A stretch of DNA of 50,557 bases from a virus. Its lineage: Duplodnaviria; Caudoviricetes. The notes under the pieces are model-generated. The model was not told where the DNA came from. It saw only the letters and a program-made list of their open reading frames with translations, and made no database searches. Each line of letters begins with the position of its first letter. The stretch's first letter is position 1. Made by a program: the position numbers and the translations under genes. Of the stretch, positions 35,940 through 44,548 are shown one piece after another. The stretch lies in the IMG/VR virus record IMGVR_UViG_3300020477_000041, positions 1 to 50,557 of that record. One strand, given 5' to 3'.

Positions 35940-38588
35940 ATGGCTAAAAAAGATAAAGGTTTTATAGCTACTCGTAGAGTTCCAAAAGCTGATGCTGAAA
36001 AGTTAATTGGTTTTTTTCAATCATTTGGAGATGAACTTCCAAGTGTAAAAGATTTACAAACAAAAATAGAAAAAGAAACTATTACTGTAAGAGAAGCAAT
36101 TTTATTAGCTTTTTATAATAAAGGAATATCTGCTGATAGTGTTGATGATATTTTAATTACAAATTATGGTCGTGTTAAAGATGGAAATAAATTTAGGTCA
36201 AGAACAGATGCAGAAAAAAAATTAATAGAAAATTCATTGAAAAAGAACTTAGAAAAATATATAAACATTTCAAATAGCGATAAATCTAAAACAATAAGTA
36301 GTTGGATGAAAGGAATAATAAATTTAGAAACGTATTACGATAAAACATCGCAAAGTCTAGATTCTCCTTTAAAAACTGCATTTAATACTAATTTTATGGT
36401 GAACGATCTTTTTCAAGGTGTAACTTCTAGACCAGCAGCGGCAAGTATAATAGGAGATGTAGTCGATGCTGTCTCTTCAAATGTTGTAGGATGGCAATCT
36501 GAACCTCTTGTAGGAAACAGAAAACTTCCAAGTTGGCTTCCTGAATTTAAAACACTTAAAGTAGATTTATTAACAAAAGGAATAACTGCTCAAAAAAGAG
36601 ATTTAATTGGTGCTGAAGGAGCTGCTCCATCTATAGCTAAATCAGTTTCTCCCTCTAAACATTTTGAGACTCTTATAACTTCTTTACAAACTATTCCAGA
36701 TCAAGATATAAGAAATTTTATGTACATGTCTCATTTTATTCCTACAAGACTAGAAAAGCTATTTAATTTAACTTATGGTGCAGGAAAATCAATTCCTTAC
36801 TACGATCCTGAAAGACAAATGATTGTTTTTCAACCAGATTTTAGTAAATCAGGTACACTAGAAGAAAGTGGTATGAAAAAGTATCATAATTTTCAAATAT
36901 CTGATGCTATGGCTGCTTTTATTGAAAACATTAAAAATAGTAAAGGTTTACAAAATGGACAACGGTTATTTCCTGATGATGATGAAGGTAGTTTTTCTAA
37001 TAAAATTTCCTCTCAATTAGCTTCGCAAGGAGATGAAGGATTTACAAAAAGAACTCAATCACGAGACTACGATTCTTGGGGTAGAAGAGCTATTAAATAT
37101 GCAAAAGATATGAGAGCAGTAACTTCAACTTTTTATCTTGACACTTTTCCTGATATGTCAAATGCTTTAAAACAACTTATGGGACATGTTCTTAATCCAC
37201 AAAAAACTTCTGAAGGAAGAACAAATATACAGTCAGCTTATGGTGGAGTAATCGGTGATCCTAATTATATGGATGATGCTGCTAGAATGATGGAAAAACA
37301 AGAAGAACTGTTTATAGAACAATGGAGAGAAATGTATCGTGATGAAATATTTGAATATGAAAAAACAACAGGAAGAAAATTAGATTTACGTACAGGTCAT
37401 CTTCCTTTTCTTGTTAATGTTGATTTTAGTTCAGATGGTATATATAATAAAGATTTCAGTCTTGATTTAAGTAGATTACCAACTAATGTTGAAGGCTCTA
37501 TGGCTGGTTTAGATGTACTAAAAACAAACCTAAAAGATAATCGATTTATACAAAGACTTCAAAAAGAACTAGAGATTAGTTTTGAAGATGCTAAAAGTAC
37601 TAAACAAAATTTAGAACGTATCTCTCCGCACAGAGGCGGTATTTCTCCAGAAATTATTTACGATGAAATATTTAGTATGAATCCTGTAGATGAATTTGAT
37701 AGTGCTACAGATGCACGGAAATTCTATTTAACTGCATTTAATATGCTTGAAGATGATATTAAAGAAGAAAATAAAGCAAAACAACAAAAAGCACAAAAAC
37801 TACAACCTACGCCTGAAGTTAAAGAAACAAAAGTAGAGACACAACCAACGGATGAACTTGTAGAAGAACCTAAATCTAAAACATCTGAATGGAAAAATCC
37901 AGCAGATGTTTTGGATACATCAGAAAATCCTGACTATAAACCAGATCAGGGGATGCCCGACAGAATTTCAGATTGGTTGTACAGCCGACTTAGAGATGGA
38001 AACAAACTTAAAAATGTTATTGGTCCTATTATTGCAGGAACAGCAGCAGGGTTAGCATCTTTTCATCCTGTAACACGGCCATTAGCTGGTCCTCTTCTAA
38101 AAGAAGCTGGCTTGGAAACTGGTTTACAGACTTTTGATCCTACTACAATAGGGGAAAGACCAGAAGGAGGATTTGCACCGGATTTTGGTCTTCAATTACC
38201 GCAATCTTTAGATATGAATGAAATGGAAAACTATCTAAGAGCTGCTCAACGATTTGAGGTAAGCGGTGATCCTAATTTAGAAACTGCTGCTGATAGAATG
38301 TATGATCAATATGCTCAGAATTTTCGAGATCAAGCATCTATTGAAGCAAGAAACGATTTAGCTACTCATAAATATACAGAAGAAGACTTCACTACGTCTG
38401 CACTTGATAGATATAACTACGCTCAAAGTTTACCTAAACCAAGTGAAATGCCAGAAGTTAATCGTCAAAATTTACAAAAAGATTTTGGAAGAGAACTATT
38501 TCAAAAAGATACTAAGGGTGAAACACCTTTAGGAACATTAGAACAGTACGAAGAAGAAATGAGACAATTATTTGATTTACCCACTTAG
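35940..38588 (+). CDS. Large protein with tyrosine-recombinase/telomere-resolvase/TopIB-type catalytic domain
   Basis: PTRLEKLFNL (R), YAKDMRAV (K-x-x-R), LMGH (H), NIQSAY (Y) in canonical order and spacing. Confidence 0.65.
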   Translation: MAKKDKGFIATRRVPKADAEKLIGFFQSFGDELPSVKDLQTKIEKETITVREAILLAFYNKGISADSVDDILITNYGRVKDGNKFRSRTDAEKKLIENSLKKNLEKYINISNSDKSKTISSWMKGIINLETYYDKTSQSLDSPLKTAFNTNFMVNDLFQGVTSRPAAASIIGDVVDAVSSNVVGWQSEPLVGNRKLPSWLPEFKTLKVDLLTKGITAQKRDLIGAEGAAPSIAKSVSPSKHFETLITSLQTIPDQDIRNFMYMSHFIPTRLEKLFNLTYGAGKSIPYYDPERQMIVFQPDFSKSGTLEESGMKKYHNFQISDAMAAFIENIKNSKGLQNGQRLFPDDDEGSFSNKISSQLASQGDEGFTKRTQSRDYDSWGRRAIKYAKDMRAVTSTFYLDTFPDMSNALKQLMGHVLNPQKTSEGRTNIQSAYGGVIGDPNYMDDAARMMEKQEELFIEQWREMYRDEIFEYEKTTGRKLDLRTGHLPFLVNVDFSSDGIYNKDFSLDLSRLPTNVEGSMAGLDVLKTNLKDNRFIQRLQKELEISFEDAKSTKQNLERISPHRGGISPEIIYDEIFSMNPVDEFDSATDARKFYLTAFNMLEDDIKEENKAKQQKAQKLQPTPEVKETKVETQPTDELVEEPKSKTSEWKNPADVLDTSENPDYKPDQGMPDRISDWLYSRLRDGNKLKNVIGPIIAGTAAGLASFHPVTRPLAGPLLKEAGLETGLQTFDPTTIGERPEGGFAPDFGLQLPQSLDMNEMENYLRAAQRFEVSGDPNLETAADRMYDQYAQNFRDQASIEARNDLATHKYTEEDFTTSALDRYNYAQSLPKPSEMPEVNRQNLQKDFGRELFQKDTKGETPLGTLEQYEEEMRQLFDLPT

Positions 38589-38607
38589 AAAAAAAAGGAA
38601 TAACATT

Positions 38608-38838
38608 ATGCCATACGGAAACAAACAGATGTACGGTAAAGATTACATTATGAATCAGATGTCCAAACAGGGCGAGATGAATGATGCAAACGAAAGTGCG
38701 CTTTACCGTGAAAAGGCTGAGTTTGATATGAAAATCAAACACGGTGTTCTTATTGAGGACTTTGGTAAAAAGGGTGGCGGCAAGAACGTAGATTCTAAAG
38801 TTCTTGGCAGTCTTGCTAGTAAATCTCCTCATAGCTAG
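38608..38838 (+). CDS. Small hypothetical protein upstream of portal
   Basis: ATG38608 after AAGGA; MPYGNKQMYGKDYIMNQM... Confidence 0.6.
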   Translation: MPYGNKQMYGKDYIMNQMSKQGEMNDANESALYREKAEFDMKIKHGVLIEDFGKKGGGKNVDSKVLGSLASKSPHS

Positions 38839-38863
38839 AAAATAGTACGAAAGTAATCTTAAT

Positions 38864-40933
38864 ATGGATGAATACGAAGAATATAAGCTAGTAGGCTTAG
38901 TAAAATCAAGGTTTATGGATGCTGAAACAGGTCGTAGACCTGATGAAGAACGCTGGCTTAAAGCTTATAAAAATTATCGCGGTATCTACGATTCTACCAC
39001 ACAGTACCGTGATAACGAGCGTAGTAAAGTCTTTATAAAGATTACAAAGACAAAGGTACTTGCTGCTTACGGACAGATTGTAGATATTTTATTTTCACAA
39101 AACAAGTTTCCTATTACTGTGGAGTCTACACCTGTTCCTGAAGGTATTGCTGAGTTCGCTCATCTTTCGCAGCAACCACAACAACCAGAACAAGAAGAAA
39201 GCCCTTATGGTTTTCCCGGTGACGGAAAAGAACTTCCACCGGGTGCTACAGAAGCTACTCTTCTTGCGGGTCTAAGTAATAAGTACGAAGGTGCTAATTT
39301 AGAAGAAGGCGTAGCTAAAGCTCCAAATGCACCTCAAATAGCTCCAGCAAGAGAATCCGCACGTTATATGGAAAAGTGCATTCAAGATCAGCTTTTGGAT
39401 ACTAACGCAGTAACTATTATGAGGCACTCTTTGTTTGAGTGTTCTTTGTTAGGCACTGGTGTTGTAAAAGGACCGTTTAATTATAGCAAGACAGTACACA
39501 ACTGGGCAGTTCCAGAAGAAGGTAGCCCTGAAGGCGAGAAACAGTACGAACCTTACGAAAAGACTGTTCCTCGTTTAAGCTCTGTTAGCTGTTGGGATTT
39601 TTATCCTGATCCTTCTGCTACCTCTATTAGTGATTGTGAATACGTTATTGAAAGACACAGATTTAACAGGGAGCAATTGCGTGATCTTCTTAATCGTCCT
39701 TTATTCGATGAAGACGCTATTAAACGAGTTCTTGATGAAGGTCCAAACTATCAAGAACGCTATTTTGAAAGTACTTTGTACAATAATGAAAAGGATACTA
39801 ATAATGAGAAAAATCGTTATGAAGTATTGGAATACTGGGGTATCATGGATACGGCACTTGCGCGAGAAGCTGGTCTTGAAATATCGGAAGATTCGGGACG
39901 ATCTGTTCAGGTAAACGTCTGGGTTTGTGGTGAAGAAGTTCTTAGAATTGTTTCTAATCCGTTTCTTCCTACTAGACTACCCTACTACTCATTTCCGTTT
40001 GAACTCAACCCTTATCAGATTTTTGGTGTAGGTGTTGCAGAAAATATGGAAGATAGCCAGCTTCTTATGAACGGTCACGTAAGAATGGCTATTGACAATC
40101 TTGCTTTAGCTGGCAATCTAGTTTTTGACATTGATGAAACACAACTTGTACCGGGACAATCTTATGATGTATTTCCCGGTAAAGTTTTTAGAAGGCAATC
40201 TGGTGTAACAGGAACAGCTATCAACGGTATCAAGTTTCCTAATACTGCTGGAGAGAATATTCAGATGTACGACAAAGCAAGACAACTTGCTGACGAACAA
40301 ACTGGTATTCCAAGTATCATGCACGGGCAGACAGGTGTTACAGGAACAGGAAGAACTGCCGCTGGTTTAAGTATGCTTATGTCCAGTGCAGGATTAAGTA
40401 TTAAGACTGTTATCAAGAATATTGATGATTTTCTTTTAAAGCCTCTTGGAGAATCTTACTTTCAATGGAACATGCAGTTTAATTCAAACATGCCTGAAAT
40501 ACACGGTGATCTTGAAATCAAACCACGAGGTACAAGCGCAGTAGTTCAAAAGGAAGTACGTAGTCAGCGTCTTACTACACTTCTTCAAACTATTTCCAAT
40601 CCAATGCTTGCTCCTTTTATCAAGATTCCAAACCTTATAAAAGAACTTGCTATTAGTCAAGATATTGATCCTGATCTGCTTGTAAACGACGTAAATGACG
40701 CAGCTATTTTCGCAGATATTTTGAGAGGTATAAATGCACAACCGACAGGCCAAGAACCTTCTCCCGCTGGTCAGCAACCCCCAGCTATGGGAGCCGCTGG
40801 AGGAGTACCTCAAACAGTTGGCCCAAATGATGCAGCGGCAACTGGTGGTGGCGGAATCGGAGTTGGAGATGCGCCGATTGCAGGGGAAGCTGGCTTTGCT
40901 GGAAACATTGGTGAACCTCAAGGTATCGGCTGA
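38864..40933 (+). CDS. Portal protein
   Basis: RWLKAYKNYRG, KITKTKVLAAY, WDFYPDP, FGVGVAENM, RTAAGLSML; follows terL. Confidence 0.85.
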   Translation: MDEYEEYKLVGLVKSRFMDAETGRRPDEERWLKAYKNYRGIYDSTTQYRDNERSKVFIKITKTKVLAAYGQIVDILFSQNKFPITVESTPVPEGIAEFAHLSQQPQQPEQEESPYGFPGDGKELPPGATEATLLAGLSNKYEGANLEEGVAKAPNAPQIAPARESARYMEKCIQDQLLDTNAVTIMRHSLFECSLLGTGVVKGPFNYSKTVHNWAVPEEGSPEGEKQYEPYEKTVPRLSSVSCWDFYPDPSATSISDCEYVIERHRFNREQLRDLLNRPLFDEDAIKRVLDEGPNYQERYFESTLYNNEKDTNNEKNRYEVLEYWGIMDTALAREAGLEISEDSGRSVQVNVWVCGEEVLRIVSNPFLPTRLPYYSFPFELNPYQIFGVGVAENMEDSQLLMNGHVRMAIDNLALAGNLVFDIDETQLVPGQSYDVFPGKVFRRQSGVTGTAINGIKFPNTAGENIQMYDKARQLADEQTGIPSIMHGQTGVTGTGRTAAGLSMLMSSAGLSIKTVIKNIDDFLLKPLGESYFQWNMQFNSNMPEIHGDLEIKPRGTSAVVQKEVRSQRLTTLLQTISNPMLAPFIKIPNLIKELAISQDIDPDLLVNDVNDAAIFADILRGINAQPTGQEPSPAGQQPPAMGAAGGVPQTVGPNDAAATGGGGIGVGDAPIAGEAGFAGNIGEPQGIG

Positions 40934-40958
40934 ATCAGATTCTAAAATGAAAGAATAG
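40734..40958 (+). CDS. Small helical protein overprinted on the portal C-terminus
   Basis: SD GAGAGG; amphipathic helices with MRRLQGKLALLETL; resembles small genes that follow podovirus portals. Confidence 0.65.
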   Translation: MHNRQAKNLLPLVSNPQLWEPLEEYLKQLAQMMQRQLVVAESELEMRRLQGKLALLETLVNLKVSAESDSKMKE

Positions 40959-40964
40959 TCTTTA

Positions 40965-42797
40965 ATGGCGTATGCAGATGAATATCAAGGCTTTGTACCA
41001 GTTGTAGGAGGTTTTTCTGATCCTTCTATTACTTCTTCTAATAGGTCAAGTGGTTTTATTCCTGTTGTAGGAGGGTTTAGTCAACCTCAATATCAATCGC
41101 CTCAATATGATTTTTCTAGTTCAGATAGTTTTATTCCAAAAAAATCAAACTACTATCCAAGCTATGATTTTTCTGCATTTTCGTCACAAGAACCTGAAGA
41201 TACTTCTGAAGTTATTTCGCCTGTTCCTACTACTCCGATTGTTTCACTAGATGATGTCTCAGATGATGGTTCGGATGATGATGGTGATGATACAGATACA
41301 GAAGGTCAAGATACGAATACAGGAGCGGAAAATACTACTGGAGCAATATCTAGTGTTGCTGATGCGCTAGGAATATCCAGTATTACTGATACATTAGGAT
41401 TCACTGAACCAGATGTTAATACTTATACAGAACCAGATATATTCGGTTCTAATCCTTTTAGTGTAGAAGCTGCTTTCACGGGAGCAGCACAAAACGCTGT
41501 TCTAGGTTTCTTAGGTGTACCTGAACCTGTATCTACAGCTATTGGACTTGCTGTAGGGGCAGTTGGTGTTGCAAATCATGCTCAAGCACTTAATAACGCT
41601 ATAGAACTAGAAGCTGCTATGTGGGGGCAACCACCGGGAAGAACAATAGATTTTTTTAGTGCTATTCCGTCTTATTTAGGACTTGCACCAGCGCCAATTA
41701 CTGAAGAGGAGGCTGACACGGCTCTCGCGGCAAAAGGAGCATATTTTGCTGAAGGACCATTATTTGGGGAACCTCATGCTGCTGGAGTTCCTAATCAAAA
41801 AACCCAACTTGAAATTGAACTAGCACTATATGAAGCGGAAGAAGAAGCGGCAGAAGAAGCAGAAGCATCGGGTCCAGATAGTGAAGGTCACGGACCTGAT
41901 GATGATATTGAACCCGGCACATTTGGAGCTATTTCAGAAGTCGGCGTAAGTATTGCGGAAGCAATATCACAGGCAGCAGAAGCATCAGCAGCAGAAGAAG
42001 CAGAAGCAGCAGAAGCAGCAGAAGCAGCAGAAGCAGCAGCAGCCGGTTTTGATGTAGACGAAGAGGATATAGCAGCAGAAGAGATTTCTGAAGCAACTTC
42101 GGAAGAAGCAGCAGAAGCAGCAGCAGCAGAAGCAGACGCAGAAGCAGCAGCAGATGTAGCAGAAGCAGAAGCAGAAGCAGAAGCTATGTCCGATCCTGAT
42201 GATGATGATGATGGCGATGACGAGGGAGGTGATGATGGCGATGATGATGGTGGTGGTCCTTGTTGGGTTGCTGGAACACAAATCTTAATGAAGGACGGTT
42301 CTTGTAAAAATATTGAGAATTTAAAAATAGGCGATATGGTTATGTCCTTTCCAGAAAATTCTAAGATTAGACGTTGGAACACTTCACTAGAAGCTAAACC
42401 TATTATTAATCTTTTAGTATCTAAAGCTAATATATGGCATTTAAATGATTCTATGGTTTCTGAAAATGAATGGATGGTAAAATCAGATGGAACAGCTAGT
42501 CTTGTACAGTGGTTAAATGTTGGTGACGAACTTATGGATCAAGATGGAAATAAAGTAAAAGTTTATAGAAATGAACCTGCTGAAGGAAAACTTTCAAGAC
42601 AAGTTGTTTATAACTTTGAATCAGAAAATAATTACTCTTACATAGCAAATAATATGAGAACATTAAAAGGTAAAGCAGTAAGAATGGCTGAATCTAAAAT
42701 GAATAGTTTTAGCGAAGGTTATTTTTCTGATGAAGGCAGCAGTATGAAGCAAGGGTGGAGTATGCAAGACGAGTACAGAAGAAAATTCGGTAGTTAA
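40965..42797 (+). CDS. Acidic low-complexity protein with C-terminal Hint (intein-like) domain
   Basis: GGGP|CWVAGTQILMKDGSCKNIENLKIGDMV (block A) and VYNFESENNYSYIANN (block F). Confidence 0.8.
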   Translation: MAYADEYQGFVPVVGGFSDPSITSSNRSSGFIPVVGGFSQPQYQSPQYDFSSSDSFIPKKSNYYPSYDFSAFSSQEPEDTSEVISPVPTTPIVSLDDVSDDGSDDDGDDTDTEGQDTNTGAENTTGAISSVADALGISSITDTLGFTEPDVNTYTEPDIFGSNPFSVEAAFTGAAQNAVLGFLGVPEPVSTAIGLAVGAVGVANHAQALNNAIELEAAMWGQPPGRTIDFFSAIPSYLGLAPAPITEEEADTALAAKGAYFAEGPLFGEPHAAGVPNQKTQLEIELALYEAEEEAAEEAEASGPDSEGHGPDDDIEPGTFGAISEVGVSIAEAISQAAEASAAEEAEAAEAAEAAEAAAAGFDVDEEDIAAEEISEATSEEAAEAAAAEADAEAAADVAEAEAEAEAMSDPDDDDDGDDEGGDDGDDDGGGPCWVAGTQILMKDGSCKNIENLKIGDMVMSFPENSKIRRWNTSLEAKPIINLLVSKANIWHLNDSMVSENEWMVKSDGTASLVQWLNVGDELMDQDGNKVKVYRNEPAEGKLSRQVVYNFESENNYSYIANNMRTLKGKAVRMAESKMNSFSEGYFSDEGSSMKQGWSMQDEYRRKFGS

Positions 42798-42823
42798 TTT
42801 TACAAACAAAAAGGAAAGATAAA

Positions 42824-43552
42824 ATGGCATTAGTAGATAGACCAGAAATGATGGATGCAGAACAAACATCACCACCTCCCTTACTAGAAAACGATGCTTT
42901 GGAACTGGGAATGGTGAATGAGGCTGAAGGTGCTTTGCCAGATGAAGGCGGTGTAGAATCTATGAAAGATGATGTCTCTGCAACTGCTCAAGAAGGTGAT
43001 TTTATTCTTCCTTATGAAAGCCTTCTTTTTTATGGATTTGAAAAGATCAATGAAATAGTAAGAAGTGCTATTGAGCAACTTGGCCCAGAAATTGATCTAG
43101 AAAATGTTGACGAAGGAGCGGAAGTTCCTATTCAAATTTCTAACTTTGAATATCGTATTCCAAGCAGATTGGTTCCTATTATTGGTGAAGAAGAATTGGA
43201 AGCTATTCGTACTAAAGGTTTAGAATTTAGAGATCAACTAGAATCTGTAAGAACTGAAGGTTTTGTAGAAAGAGATGCTCCTTCTCCAGAAGAAGACATG
43301 CCAATGCCTTCAGAGCAAGATATGGCTATGGCTGAAGCACCTATGCCAATGCCACAAGAAGCTCCAGCCATGCCTATGCCACAACAAGCTCCAGCCATGC
43401 CTATGATGAAAGGCGGCGGATACGTTCCTATGCAAGGTGTTGGTGGCGTAGACAATCCCGGTTTCAACAATCCTTTACAACCTCCTACAAAGACTATGGA
43501 AGAACAGACTTTGGATATGAGAGGTGGAGGGCTTGTACAAAAAAAGAGATAA
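42824..43552 (+). CDS. Acidic head-associated hypothetical protein
   Basis: DDVSATAQEGDFILP, VPIQISNFEY; PM-rich repeats; GGGxV motifs. Confidence 0.6.
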   Translation: MALVDRPEMMDAEQTSPPPLLENDALELGMVNEAEGALPDEGGVESMKDDVSATAQEGDFILPYESLLFYGFEKINEIVRSAIEQLGPEIDLENVDEGAEVPIQISNFEYRIPSRLVPIIGEEELEAIRTKGLEFRDQLESVRTEGFVERDAPSPEEDMPMPSEQDMAMAEAPMPMPQEAPAMPMPQQAPAMPMMKGGGYVPMQGVGGVDNPGFNNPLQPPTKTMEEQTLDMRGGGLVQKKR

Positions 43553-43575
43553 GACTGAAGAAAGTCTTTAAACGG

Positions 43576-43801
43576 AGCGGCTACCCGATTCAATATTGGC
43601 CCCGCTAATTAACACTACTCCTCTGAACGGCTACCCGACTACGTGTCGGCCCCAAGAGAAAAAGGAGATAAAAATGACTGATACAACACAAGAAGAAGAA
43701 TTACTAGAGCCTACCCCATATGAAAATGCGTACAGGCGAACATTGAATGAACCAGAGTGGGATGATCAACTGGACCCCGCTGTAGAACAAGCGGCTACTC
43801 C
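43576..43801 (+). promoter_or_regulatory. Three RNA hairpins sharing a CUAC/CC internal loop around the scaffold start
   Basis: Copies at 43576-43606, 43629-43653 and 43772-43801 with compensatory stem changes. Confidence 0.6.
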
Positions 43802-44519
43802 TAGAAAGTCTGATGGTGTAGTTCAAAGAGAGGAACACGACTACAAAAAGCGTTATGACGATCTCAAGAAACACTATGATTCCAAACTTAATGAATGGCG
43901 TCAAAATCGAGAGATCATGGAAGCAAAGCTTAAAATGTCTGAACAACCTGTTAATGTTGCTCAAGAACTTCCAAAGACACGCGAAGAACTGGATAACTTT
44001 AGAGATCAATATCCAGATGTTTACGATGTAGTCGAAACTATCTCTACTCTTCAAGCACAAGATAAAGTAAAGGAAGTTGAAGAGAAACTTGAAAGTCTGA
44101 GAGAAAAAGAAGTAGAAGCTGAAAGAGTTACTTCAGAAAAACAACTTCTTGCACTTCATCCAGATTTCAACGAACTTAAAACTGACGAAAACTTTATCAA
44201 TTGGCTTGATGAACAACCTGAAAATATATCTGATGGCGTGTATCACAACAACACAGATGTAAAATGGGCCGCTAGAGTAATTGATCTTTATAAAGGTGAT
44301 ATCGGTCAATCAAGGTCTAGACGTTCTAATTCAAAACAAACTAATGCAGAAGCTGCACAAGTTGTTACAAGAACCAGTAAAGGTTTAGAGCCTTTAGGTT
44401 CTGATAAGAAAGTTTGGACCATTGAAGAAATCTCCCGCTTAAAACCGTGGGAATATGAAAAACTAGAGAAAGAGATCGACGCTGCTGCCCGTGATGGGCG
44501 TGTCGTTGACTCGCTTTAA
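43674..44519 (+). CDS. Capsid scaffolding protein
   Basis: ATG43674 after AAGGAG; YKKRYDDLKKHYD coiled coil; C-terminal EIDAAARDGRV; directly upstream of the MCP. Confidence 0.8.
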   Translation: MTDTTQEEELLEPTPYENAYRRTLNEPEWDDQLDPAVEQAATPRKSDGVVQREEHDYKKRYDDLKKHYDSKLNEWRQNREIMEAKLKMSEQPVNVAQELPKTREELDNFRDQYPDVYDVVETISTLQAQDKVKEVEEKLESLREKEVEAERVTSEKQLLALHPDFNELKTDENFINWLDEQPENISDGVYHNNTDVKWAARVIDLYKGDIGQSRSRRSNSKQTNAEAAQVVTRTSKGLEPLGSDKKVWTIEEISRLKPWEYEKLEKEIDAAARDGRVVDSL

Positions 44520-44548
44520 CCTTTAACCAAAATTAAGGAGAAACAAAA

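Noticed and set aside
41888-42382. Antisense Ser/Ala-rich and Cys/Phe-rich ORFs
   Set aside because: Mirror of the GCA/GAA low-complexity tract in the Hint protein.
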